Of a DNA stretch of 64,000 nucleotides, positions 37,210 through 48,880 are shown piece after piece. How positions within the stretch are numbered: the stretch's first letter is position 1; the number at the start of each line of letters is the position of its first letter. The notes beneath the pieces were generated by a model, which searched no databases, was not told the DNA's origin, and saw nothing but the letters and a program-made list of their open reading frames with translations. The position numbers and the translations under genes are program-made. The stretch covers positions 51,648,001-51,712,000 of the forward strand of contig NC_045696.1 of assembly GCF_009834535.1 (NCBI RefSeq), in the 5' to 3' direction. The DNA is from Camelus ferus. Its lineage: Eukaryota.

Positions 37210-40204
37210 TGCAAAAAGTATTACTGAGTGACGTTGAAAGGTGATATGCAGCAGAGAAACTAAAACTTTGAATTATTTTACATTGGGCATTGAAAATATC
37301 AGCATTAACCTGGCAGGTTTTTTTCTTTTTCTTTTTTTTTTTAATACATTTAATTTTCAGGTTCCGTTTTAAATCATGGAAAGAAAAAAAATTACAACAG
37401 CCTTGTATACATGCACAATCTGTATTTTGTAAAAATTTTCACTTGCATTTCTTAGAATATTTAGTTTGCTAAAAACGGCTAATTGGCTTTTCCTCAAGCC
37501 TCTGCAAGACAAGTTCAGTTCTGAGTCAAGAACTATGAGAAATTTCACCACGAAATGAAATTTGTTTGGGTAGTTAGAAGGCCTGAAAAATGAGATTATC
37601 TCCACCATAACTATAACAAACAGCTAATGAATAAATATATTTTGGCAAGAATCGATAAGAATTGCAAAGCCTCAGAGGGTCATCGCAGACTTGAGAAAGG
37701 TAAGCAAGTGAGGAAACATCAAACGGAGTTCATGGAGATAAAGCATTCTGAAAGATGGAAAGTATTAACAGTCACTGACAGGAAAGAATATATTCCACAG
37801 GGATGGCAACAACAAAATGAAACAAAACAACCCCAAACAACTGGAAATATCTGTCTCCTGGAGCAAAGTAAGACTATTTGTTCAGCAAGAGGAGAACCTA
37901 CTTCTTTGTCATTCCCTTTGGAAGCCTGTGTTGTTTTTTTTTTTAAAGGTTGCACAAAAGATACATGTGTTCTTTTTCTAGTATTATTATAGGCCCACCT
38001 AGATTTAGCTTTCGATTCCAGATGAGATCAGGCATGTTCAGACTAGCACATCTTTGCTCTGTAAGCACAGAGCTGCTATCATTTCACTGGCAAATTCGCA
38101 GATCCCCAAATTTATGCACAATAGATACCCTTAAAAATCTGCAAATTTTCTACTTCAGGCAAATACCTCCTTGAGTTCAATTTTTTTCTTATTTTATTCT
38201 GCTAGTATTAAGCTGAAAAGTTAAGGCAGGCAACTCCCATAAGAAAGGAAAGTTGAATAGTACTTACCCTAAGTACAATGTGCAAGCCTTAATGGGGAAA
38301 TCTACTTTTGCTCTATGATTTTTAGAAGGGAGTCCAGGTTTAAACTCAGCTCTCGCCCTTTTCCCTTCTGGAAAACCGAGTAGACTCACTGAAGGTGGCT
38401 CTGAGAAAGATCTTACAAATCAGCAGCCTTACCTGTGGCCATTCAGAAGACTGCACTTTGGTGTGTATTTAAAACTATGAATAAAGTCAGATACAGCGCA
38501 TGCTCAGCAGGCAATTTAGAAATATTTATAACATTGTTGTTTCAAAAACAAATTTCCTCAAACAAAGCAAAACTCACATTTTTTATCCATGCCAAGTTTA
38601 ACGTTCTGAGACAAAGCTGTTTTGGAGTTTTCCGCTGGGGGAAAAAAGGGCTTCTAAAATTTTTTGTTGAACGAAAAATAGTTCTCTCTTCCCTTTTGGA
38701 TAGTCTTAAAGAGGTGGAATAAAATTTCCTCTAAGTTTTAACAAAATTCACCTCGGGCTAAGATATGGCGTTAGAAATTTAAGGTCTGTAAAAACTAATT
38801 TGGGGAGAGAATAACAAGGAACTGAAATCTATGAGTTTAAAGAATGTAATGGTCATCTGAACCTTCAAGGCAGTCTTGCTTGTTACTATACAAAAAAAAA
38901 ATCCTGATACAAACAGGACACATTATGTGATGTATAGATAAGTTATGCATTGATAAGAACAAGGCATAGATAGCTATTTGCATACCTGGAAAAGTTATGT
39001 TTTTCCTTTGCTAACTAAAACCTGAACTCTTCAAAACAGAAAAAGAAATACATCAAAAATTTAGGAGAAACCCAGTAATAATGTCAGTAGCATTCCTCTG
39101 TTCTACAGAGCAAGCAAGGAGAGGAAGGCAATCACGTATCTGCTGGTTAAATTTTGAGTTACACAAAATAAAAAAATTGGATTAAATACGGTGTTTAAAG
39201 TACTAACTGCAGCAGGAATGCCTGTGTTACCCCTGGCTAGGAATTTCTTCCTCTCCTCCTCCCTGAGCATCCCTAAGCATTCCATTTTACCATCTATCAC
39301 CAAACCCTGCACGGCCCACAGATCTCACAGATCTTATTTACATCTCTGACTTCATTCTTAAGTCTCTGAGTGACTTTCAGCCCCCCCCCCCTCTACTTTC
39401 CAGGGGTGCTCAGCTGGCCTCACAAAAGCTCCACAGTCACATCTAGCAGTATCTCTGACGCTTTCAAGCTCATCAGAGGTGCCAAAAAAACAAAAAAACA
39501 AAAAAAACCCTAACGATTAAAAAAAAAAGTTTATTAAAGTGAAACTAGGAGTGCAGATTTGAAGAAGTTGCTTCTACTGTTATTTCCCTCGCAAGTCAGC
39601 ACAGGTGTTTCCTAACTTGCACTGCTGTGCATGCTGATGAGGGGGAGGGGTAAATTAAGGTGAGGAGTGGGCCACGGGCCGAGCAACAAGCGTTTGAGGA
39701 TGGCCCAGCCTCATGTGTTAATGGATGTGTCTAAAAATGGACCCCCCAAAAAGCCTAGAATGAGGTTTCTTTTTGGCAAATGATGAAACCAGGATACTGA
39801 AATAATTAAAGCTTTGTCCTTAAATAAAGCATCAGATCAACAGAACAAAAACAAAGATAAAAATTGCACACACATATGCATGCGTACACACTCTCTCTCA
39901 CACACACAGATACACAAAACTCGCGGGTGAGGGGAGAAGGAAATTAAATAAAAGAAAACAAACAGAGTCCTAACAGGCCATTCTCCGAAAAGGAATCTAA
40001 ATAAAAAGTCATATGATATCTGATAGTGCAGGACACGTCGCCAAGAACTGGAGCGGATTGCCTACAGGAAGAAAGGGCCAGTGTATTCCAGCTCAAAGAC
40101 CTTTTCTTTCCTCCTCCTCTATTTTTTTTTCCCTTTTCTCCTCGACTGTGAATGTGTTACTCTCAGGTCAGATGTACGAAGCATCCCAGAATGACAGCTA
40201 TCAC

Positions 40205-40329
40205 CTTTCACTGCACTCCTGGCGGCACAACTGGCTCATGGGAGCTGCCTGAGTTTGGATCCAGAGGGGCTGGTGCAGCTTTCAGGACCAGCCTCTCCCC
40301 GTAGCCCCTCTGTCCCTGTCCTAGACCCC
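40205..40329 (-). ncRNA. Candidate 125-nt cassette exon
   Basis: Preceded on the minus strand by an ~80-nt T-rich tract. Acceptor ccaAG|gggg and donor gaAAG|GTGATA are both sub-optimal. Confidence 0.25.
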
Positions 40330-40352
40330 CTTGGTCACATCCAAAATAGACC

Positions 40353-40432
40353 AAAAAAAAAAAAAAAAAAAAAAAAGCACAAGCGAAAAAAAAAAAAACA
40401 AAAAACAAAAACGCAAGCACAACAGTCCACAG
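40353..40432. repeat. A-rich low-complexity tract
   Basis: A24 followed by A13 and A(n)C units. Confidence 0.9.
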
Positions 40433-42370
40433 CAACAAAAGAGTTCAGAGGAAAAAAAAAATCAGAAACAAGCCCAAAAGGGGAGGGAAAAAAAAAAGCT
40501 CTTGCCTTCAACGTAAAACTTTTTAAAGACCGAGTTTCTTTTCTCTTATTTTGTTGACTTTCTTTTTAAAGGTCTTTTTTTCCTCAAGCACTATTAAGAG
40601 CATTAAAAATCTCTACAAAAATACAGAAAAGTCTCAAGGCAATATAAGAATTTTCCTGAAGAAAACACATAACTCTAAGAAGTGAGTTACCCTAGAAAAA
40701 TTTGGATTTGCCAGAAGTTCCCCTAATTCTAACATCTTTCAGCGAGTTCAAGTGCAAACACTGGCCACCTAGCTCTTGTTTTCTCTCCGAGGGTCATTAC
40801 TGAGACAACACATACACAGTAAGGTTTCCCGAAAAGACTCAGAGTTATCAAGTTACTTCAAACATAAGGTGCTCACACCTCCCAGCCAGAACGGTTTACT
40901 GACTAGACATCACTCTCTGCCTTGGTATGTATTACATCCTTAAGAAGCAGTTACATAAATGTATGCTAAAAATATGGAAAAATGTATGTATCTATATTTT
41001 CCCTACAGTTTCCCTCCCCAGGGACAGGAATAGGTTATATTTTTAGTGAATGAAGAAAAAAAGAAAAGAAAAGAAAAGAAGTTTCTGAATCTTGAAACAA
41101 CTGTTGTAGCTGGTTTCCACTTAGTAAAATAGTTACCTGTAGTTAGGTACTGTACATAGTACATATTTAAGGATTTTTGTCTTGCTTGTGAATTCTCCCC
41201 CTTGTTCAGTTTTGTGTCTATTAAGTACCTTCAAAAGATTTCCAAATGACAATCAAAATATAAATGCATTAGGAGGAGAACTTTTAGAAAGAAAACAATT
41301 TCTTGAGTTTATAATTCAAGAAGGTTAGTATAAAGCTATAATTGTACAGCATATATAAAAGGTGGACTTGTTTACACAATTTGCAGATACAGTTCACATG
41401 ATTTCTTTCTTCTTTTGTTGAAGCATTAATTTGAAAATGATAAGCATTCTGGAATGTTTGCTACCAACACAAATTCATGATGAAAATATACATGCATAGG
41501 CAAAAAATCAAATGGAGAGCACGCAAAGCTACGTGGCAATCCGAATCATAGAGAAATCTCTGTCTAACAGACTATATTTTGCTTGAACTAGTATATCATG
41601 GATGGGGCAGTAATCTCTCTGGGGGTTTTATCATTCTCGTCAAAAAATAAAATACAAATATCTGCTCCATTAGTACCTTTTCTTAATAGCTGACAAGTGA
41701 CACAAGTGGTACCTTTTAAACAGATGGATGCAAAAACTTGTGAGACCGAATGAACTAACATACCCCATCGGTATTTCGGGAACCCAAATCTCATAATTAA
41801 CTTTTTACCCAAGTGGCAAAAGTAGAAGATGTTCTCACCACTAAACCGATTATTTTATGGAGTCTTGTTCTCTCCTCCACAGGATTTTGGGGACCCAGAA
41901 TGGGTAAAGAGCTGATAAGAGAGGATGCATCCTGAACAACTTTTATTGTGAGTAGAAAAAAATAGCATAGAGTGAGCATAAGAACAGTTGGATTTAGAAA
42001 GATGAAAAGATGAGAAAAGAGCAACATATCCAACTTAATTAGTCTTTTTCCTTTTTATTTTTTGTGTATATCTATTGGGGTGATGGGGAGAAAAGATAAC
42101 TGGATTTCCTTTGAATGTCTTTGTGTCTTTATAGAGTGAATGTTCTGTTCCTGTCTCTCTCTTTTTAGGCGGAAAAACTAATAAAAATAGAAAAACATAT
42201 ATCAGACATTAAGCTCACCTCCCCCCCCACCCCTTTCCTTTGTAAAGAACTCTTTGTTCTCTAGTGAAAATGCTGAAAAATCCCCGGGCAGCTACTCCCT
42301 GAAACAAGTGCAAAACACTTAGAGGCTTTTGGGCTGGCTGGGAGCCAGGAACCCTCCCGCTGTCTGGTTA

Positions 42371-42514
42371 GAAGAGGAAAAAAAGAAGAGAGAGGGAGAG
42401 AGGGGAAGAGAGATGGGGGGGCAGAGAGAGAGAGAGAGAGGAAGAGAGAGAGAGGAAGAGAGAGAGAGGAAGACAGAGAGAGGAAGAGAGAGAGAGAGAA
42501 AGAGAGAGAGAGAA
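42371..42514. repeat. GA-rich polypurine tract (intron 1)
   Basis: About 140 bp of imperfect (GA)n/(GGAAGA) units. Confidence 0.95.
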
Positions 42515-42886
42515 ATTGGAGCTTCCTTTAATAGACATAGGAAGCAGCGTTTTTTTTTTTTTTCCTTTTCTTTTTTTTCAAAACTGGCGGTCAAGCGTTA
42601 AGTAACTCCCGTCTAAATCCACCTGCTAGAAATGAACTTGGGTAACCCCCCAGGGGTGCACAAAGACAGGGAAGACAGTAACATACTCCATACTCTTTCC
42701 CACCCCCCGTTGTACTGCTTCCATTCTTTCTGCTCCCATACACAAATGCCCACAGATCTCACGCCACCCCCTTACCCCCCAACAACAAACACAGCGAAAT
42801 ACATGCTCCCTCAGTCTCCTAAAAAAAAAAAAGGCTTTTCCATCTCGGTTGCGACACAGTGATAAGGGGTAGCGAACATCTCATAC

Positions 42887-43267
42887 CTGGTGTGAATGCT
42901 AATCAGTCAGGAGTTCTCCTTTTCCCAAGACAGGGAACTGTTTCCTTCCAAATTTATTAGAACCTCCTCCACTGCCTCTTTGAAAAACCTTCTTTGTCAC
43001 CCTCTCCCAAGTCCCGATACTTCTTTAAAAAAAAAATGGCTTCGGAGCTCCTTCTATTCTTGATATTGATTCTCTCTCTCTCCCCCCACCCCTCCTCCTC
43101 TCTCCTGTCTGTGTCTCTTCTGAGTGGTCTATTGATAAGTCCCTGGAGGCACTGGGTCAGCCTGCCCGTAGGAAACCAGACACAATGCACAAATCTCCGA
43201 GTGCCATTCTGCCATCAGCAAGCAGACCACGTTTAGGAGAGAGAGAGGGAAAAAAAACAGTAGAGCA

Positions 43268-43312
<45 letters not shown>

Positions 43313-43526
43313 AACCGAGGGAGGGAGAGAGAGAGACCGGGAGAGAGGAAGAGAGGGGGGAGAGAGAGAGAGAGAGTGGGAGAGAGAGAGAGAGGGGGAG
43401 AGAGACAGAGGGGGAGAGAGAGACACGGAAGGAGAGAGAGAGTGTGAGAAAAAGACTGATTGGAACAGGAGGGAGGGAGAGAGAGAAAGGGAGAGGGAGA
43501 GAGAGCGTGAGAGGGAGAGCGACACT
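42887..43526 (-). ncRNA. MIR100HG: Putative first exon of a minus-strand spliced lncRNA / miRNA host gene
   Basis: Donor CCAG|GTATGA at 42887/42886. Inr-like GGCA(+1)GT at ~43526 with TAATTAAA at -32..-25. Exon begins with ~280 nt of CT-rich sequence and has no long ORF. Gene name comes from remembered architecture (CT-rich first exon, short second exon ~22-23 kb downstream), not from a search. Confidence 0.55.
43236..43520. repeat. GA-rich polypurine tract (CT-rich on transcript strand)
   Basis: About 280 bp imperfect (GA)n including a perfect run at ~43274-43310. Confidence 0.95.
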
Positions 43527-43560
43527 GCCAGTCAGGTTAATCATCCCTACTTTAATTAGC
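43521..43560 (-). promoter_or_regulatory. Putative core promoter (TATA-like + Inr)
   Basis: Minus-strand TAATTAAA at 43558-43551 and BBCABW initiator match (GGCAGT) with +1 at 43526; spacing is canonical. Confidence 0.45.
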
Positions 43561-44239
43561 TGTTCGGCTTAGACATAAAACAATTGAATTTGAATGATCT
43601 GTCAGCAGGCTCGGCTGAACCAAAGGGGAAAAGCGAATATTACAAAAAGACTGTTGGTGTGTTCTGATAAGCAATACTGCTCGTACTGACAAATCCTCAA
43701 AGGGGGAACTATTAAAACTTACAACTAAACAAAAAGTGCAAATACAAATGGCACTAGATAGAGGTCTTTTTAAAAAATGGAGTTTTCTCCCCTAGTTTTA
43801 TGAACGGTAGATATTTATGTGCAGGTGCCAACATATTAGGGTCTGCGTGTAACGTGTGAAAGTTTATTAACGACGGTCTAGGAGTGTAGCAGACAGATGC
43901 TGCAGAGAACAAGACAGGTACAGTCGGATGCCGAGTCTAGATCTTGGAGGGAGATGGATGCTTGAAGAAGAGGCACCGTGGCAAGAGATCAGCACAGACA
44001 AAGTCAGTGGGCAGACAGGCAGACAGATTTTAGGCACGGCACGATCTCGTCTAAAAAGGCAAAAGTTCTGATGCAATAATAGGTGCAAAACAATCCATCC
44101 ATCCTCCTCTCCCGGGAGCACTCCAAGGTACAGTTAAAATGGATTAATCTTTGTGACAAACAGAGCCGGCAAGGCAGACTATGGCAGACACCGAAGGCGA
44201 TTCGCAGACCCAGAGAATACCAGAGCCGAGAAAAGCCAC

Positions 44240-44380
44240 AGCGATCAATCCCTCCAACGCCCTAGTTTAGCAGATGAGGAAACTGAGGCCCAGAGACTCA
44301 GGCTAATAAATCACAAAGGCAACAGCAGTTTCGACACTGGAACCCAGAACCCTGGGATCCACTGTGCTCTTTCCATCATA
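44240..44380 (-). mobile_element. MIR SINE
   Basis: cagatgaggaaactgaggcccagaga..gaacccag..gtgctctttcca. Confidence 0.85.
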
Positions 44381-45344
44381 TCAGCTAAACTCCAGCTTTC
44401 TTTAAAGACTCTGGTCCAACAGGTATGGAAATCACCCTCATCTCCAGAATAACAAGATTCCTCCATCTATACAGTCAGTGCACAGACCTTCAATTTTTAA
44501 AAATGCCTAAATAGAGAAGTGGAAATTCTTTTTTGTTGTTGTTCATTTTGAATTCTCGGGATGGGGATTTAAGTGCTTAATTTCTTCTCAGAGAAAAGCA
44601 GAATGTTGCAGAGGCCTGGCCTCTCCCAGGTACATAGCTGGTGCCACGCACCGAGCTAGCGAAGGCCAGCTGATGCATCCACAAAGACCTCTCCCAGAGT
44701 CTGCAATTCTCTTTGTGAATATTGCCTGCTACACAACACCGTGTAAAAAGATGTGGTTCTCTCATACTACTCATTTTTAAGATATAGGCACACTGTGGGT
44801 GAAAGAGATAGAGTCTTTCAGCTTACAGTGTCATTTTCAGACACTGAGGAGATTTTCTACCTGGAAGATTAGCTATGGACAACTTTTCCTATATATTTCA
44901 ATTGAAATGAGCTACTAAAATAGAAAGAGGAAACTGTGTTATCTGCCCATGTATTTGATGGTATCTTTTTGGACACACCTGATCATATTCAGTAAGGATC
45001 TCCCTCTTGACAGCAAATAATTGAATGTAAATTTTTTTTTTTTTTTTAAGGGAGAAAGAGATGCTTGTGAAGAGAACAGCGCCATCGGATGTTACTGGAG
45101 GGACTGTCTCTTGTCCTAAAACAAGAATCATGGTGTGTATATGAAAGCAAAAACTCTCAGTCATGCTTCAGCAACCACGTTGCTACTTAAGGTGAAAGAG
45201 GAAAACTGAAAGAGAGGTCAGGCACCTGGGAGTCCACTCAAAGGCAAGGAATCTGAGAGACGTCATGGCCAAGTCATTCAGTTTATTTGCACGCCATCCT
45301 CTTCAACAATGGCTGCTGTGACAGTGTCTAAAACACAGGGTCCA

Positions 45345-45354
45345 CTGTCAATCA
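45345..45354 (-). promoter_or_regulatory. PBX-MEIS/PREP decamer site
   Basis: Exact TGATTGACAG on the minus strand, with SOX-type AACAATGG at 45305-45312. Confidence 0.35.
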
Positions 45355-45469
45355 ATTTAGGGAGAGGAGGAATCAGTGATTTTGACATTGGTAGGTCCTC
45401 TCACAGGTCTTAAAGATCCTGATAGGCAAGAACCCAGGGGAGCAGTGAAGTGCTGGGTGACCTGCGTGA

Positions 45470-45650
45470 GAAGGGAATGAGCTTTGGAGTAGAATAGACT
45501 TTTATAACAGTGTCTAAGTCATAGCTGCTCTCAGAGCCTCAGTTCCCCTGTCTGTAAAAGGTGAGGATATTCATCCCATAAGGTGTTTTGAGGATGACAT
45601 GAGCTATCATAGATAAAGTCCCTGGCTGGTCATCACATGGTAGTTATTAC
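45470..45650 (+). mobile_element. MIR SINE
   Basis: gctttggagtag..ctcagagcctcagttcccctgtctgtaaaa..cataaggtgttttgaggat. Confidence 0.8.
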
Positions 45651-45889
45651 TGAGGAAGGCAGAGAATGAGGGTGTAAATAAACAAAACTGCATACTACAG
45701 ATGTGCTGAGTGTGTTGTGTTCAAAGCATGCTCAAGACATGAATCCACATAGCAAAGCAAGGATCTAATAAACAGACTTGATTTGGAAAGGGTAAAGTTT
45801 AGAACCCCTGAGTTCTGGAATCTAAGCTTCAAGGATTTTCTAAGGGGGGTTTCATCTCTTTGTTCCCAGACTTTGGTATATTTCCTGGC

Positions 45890-46140
45890 TAATAATAATA
45901 ATAACCAGCATACCACTGAGCACTTGATTTGTGCCAAGCACTTTGCTAAGTAGTTAACGTTTTTGATCATAGAATATGAATTAGGTGCTACCTATGAATT
46001 AGGTGCTACCAGTCCTTATTTCATAGAAAAGCACAGAAGAGTTAGGTGACTTGCTCAAGAGCACACAGCTAATTAGTGTGGAGCTGGAGACAAAATCCAG
46101 GCAATCTGACTTTAAAGCCTGCGTCCTCAGCCATGATGCT
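45890..46140 (-). mobile_element. MIR SINE, near full length, with internal 18-bp tandem duplication
   Basis: aataataa..ctgagcactt..gtgccaagcactttgctaag..gttaggtgacttgctcaagagcacacagcta..aatccaggcaatctgactttaaagcc. Confidence 0.85.
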
Positions 46141-48556
46141 GGACTAGCACTGGGCATATTCACTAAATACGTGTTAAATAAATGAGCAAACGCACAAAAC
46201 ACCAGTGTTTTGATTTCATTAAATAACAAGTGAAAATCCGTGCACCATCACTTGAGAGAATCTTGTGCTTGGATTATACAGTCTGTACCTCTTCTGTAGC
46301 TCACTCGGGGGCAGCCCCTCCTCAGAAGCCAGGCTGAGCCTTGTCCCTGCATGGTGTTGAAAATGGATGAGGTGAAGATCGCTGGCTATGACCACCCAGG
46401 GCATTTAAATATCTGACGGCATTTTCAGCACTTTGAGGGTAGTGTTAGCACACGGGTTATTAATTGGCTTAATTCCAGTTCAGATAATTACATCGTGTCT
46501 CTTTAATTTTTCCCCGACTATGCCATTCTTCACTTCCTGTCACAAATGTGCTCTTTAAAAAAGCATATGAACACACACAAACATAGTTATATTTAAGGTT
46601 TGTATAATCATATAGGGGTTCTTTTTCTAAATGATTGGTGTATAGTAGCCATGTAATAAATGAATGAATGGGCAAAAGAATTAAAGTCATTGCAAAACAA
46701 AGATAACTAGTTGAAGCTAAGATTTTCATTTGGCACTGAAATAAACAGATTTTTAAACCATTTCCTTGGTGACAGGATTCCAATCATAATTTTTTTTCTC
46801 ATGGGCAGATATTTCAAGAGCTGATGACCTGCTCATGATAAGCTGATTTCCTTACACCATGCAATTTCCAGCAAAAAAAAAAAAAAAAAATAGCAATGAA
46901 AACTGATCTTTTAAGGTAGAAAGTAAGACTAGGTATAGGATACTGAACTCATGGGTTTTAGAACAGTCATTAATCCAGCTATTAGACCCTGACTTATTTG
47001 GCAGGTTTTTCTTTGCCAAATGTACTACTAGCATAATTTTCAAATCAGAGAAGAAAAGAACATGGGGTTCCAATTTGATAAGCTTAGGAAAGTCTGACAA
47101 TCACAAACAGACACAACCCCTCTCCTTTTCCCAAAGAATTCTTGGCCTTTGAAATACTATGTCTACATGATACCAAAGAACATCTCCTGGAGGCACCCAT
47201 TTTCATCATGTGCACAAAAAGTTAAATGCATCCAAGGCAGAGCATGGTTTATTTTGTCAGTCCTTTTCAGTGTACGTTTGTTCATACAAGTCACCAAATA
47301 TAAGGAGCATAGAAAGTAAGGGAATAAAGGGTTAATTTATTTACTATGCATGAGAGTTTCAAGACCTTTGCTTCCTCAGCTTTTAGTTCGAAATTCCATG
47401 CATACTCTGCACATAATAACAAATGCTATAATTCAATGTATGCCATAATTTGATTTACTTTCAAGCACCTTTTCTGGTTCAGCTCTCAAAGCTTTCCTTC
47501 CTTTAAACTTCCTCCAAATTTTCTTCATGGCCCTCTGTAAATCATCATTTACAACTGGTGTTTGTGGGATAACACTAATGCTGTAGAGAGATTTGTATCA
47601 CACTATCCCCACTTCCTTTTGAAAATCAGTAGTCAACTTTCATGCCCTTATCTGAGGGCAAGATAAATTAAAAAAAAAAAAAGAATAAAACTTGAGCCCT
47701 TTCCTAACTCTTGGACCCCTGTAATAATGACAGTAGTCACTCAGTGACTGTCCTTTAGTTCGTCACTCATGCCTCTAGATGGGGATCTTTGGGACAAAGT
47801 TTTTATATTCTGCTTGTTAAATTTAATGTATTGTCCAGTGTCACACCTGCTCATGGCAGGTGGTAGATGATATCTTAGAAGAGCTGAAGGCAACAACTGT
47901 TAACTCTCTTATGTCTTCATATGCAATTGTAATTTATTTTCTCTGTGACTCAAGTGTTCAGTGTGTAAAAGGGGTACATTTATTGCCCTAAGACTAGTGA
48001 TGTGATGCACAGACTAAAGTAGTACTATTGGGTAGGAAAGTTAAGAATTAGTGAGGGAAAAGCACTTGTACTAAAGACTTTTACAGTCTCACCACTATTT
48101 TTAAAGCAAGAAGTCCTTGGATAACATATTCTAAACTCAGAAATTAAGTGAATTTTTAATTCGAAAGAAAAGTGGACAAAATTTATACTGAATACTAGAG
48201 ATAGTAAGCAAGCTTTTGGTTTTAAATTTAAATGTCATCTAGGAACAGCCTGATAGATACTATAAAAGCTTAGAATCTTAGACTTAGGTGGTATTTAAGA
48301 GATTTTCCAGTTCTTTCAGTTTACAGAGAAGCCCTGAATGGCTGAGACATTTTATCTGGTAAGTCCTAGAACCCAATTCTTCTGTTTCTTGGTCTCCTGA
48401 CCTCCTCAGCCACACTGGGCCAGATGGCTGCCACTCTCTTGCCATTCCTAGTCCTGGCTACCCCTCTTTTGGATGTATTTTATTAAAGATAAATTCTGGT
48501 GCTGAGAAAGAGATTCTGTGTTCCTAATGTAGTCTGATAATAGGCCACAACAGGAC

Positions 48557-48880
48557 AGCAGCAGGCCAAATAATGACTCTGAAAAAAGATATCCACATTC
48601 TACTCCCCAGAACCAGAATGTTGCTTTACATGGCAAAGAAGTCTTGTAGATGTGACCTAAACGTAATCACAAGGGTTCTTATAAGAGAGAGACAGGAGGG
48701 TCAGAGCTAGTATTAAGAGATGTGATGACAGAACAAGAGGTTGGAGTTATTGGAGTTATTTGTGGAAGAGGTCATGGGCCAAGGAGTGCAGATGGCCTCC
48801 AGAAGCTAGAAAAAACAAGGGAATGGGTTCTCCCCTAGAACTTCCAGAGGAACCAGCCCTACCATCAACTACCTTGATCT
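48557..48880 (+). mobile_element. MLT1D-like MaLR LTR, internally deleted and 3'-truncated
   Basis: aaagatatccacattctactccccagaacc..ttacatggcaaag..gtaatcacaagggttcttataagag..gccaaggagtgcagatggcctccagaagctagaaaa..ttctcccctagaacttccagaggaac. Confidence 0.9.

Noticed and set aside
40208..40557. Poly-K / poly-F ORFs
   Set aside because: Translations of the A-rich tract
42319..43559. ER/RE-rich and SL-rich ORFs
   Set aside because: Translations of GA/CT simple repeats, which lack stop codons by composition
47735..47749. Palindrome AGTCACT-C-AGTGACT
   Set aside because: 7-bp arms are expected by chance in 64 kb; no supporting context
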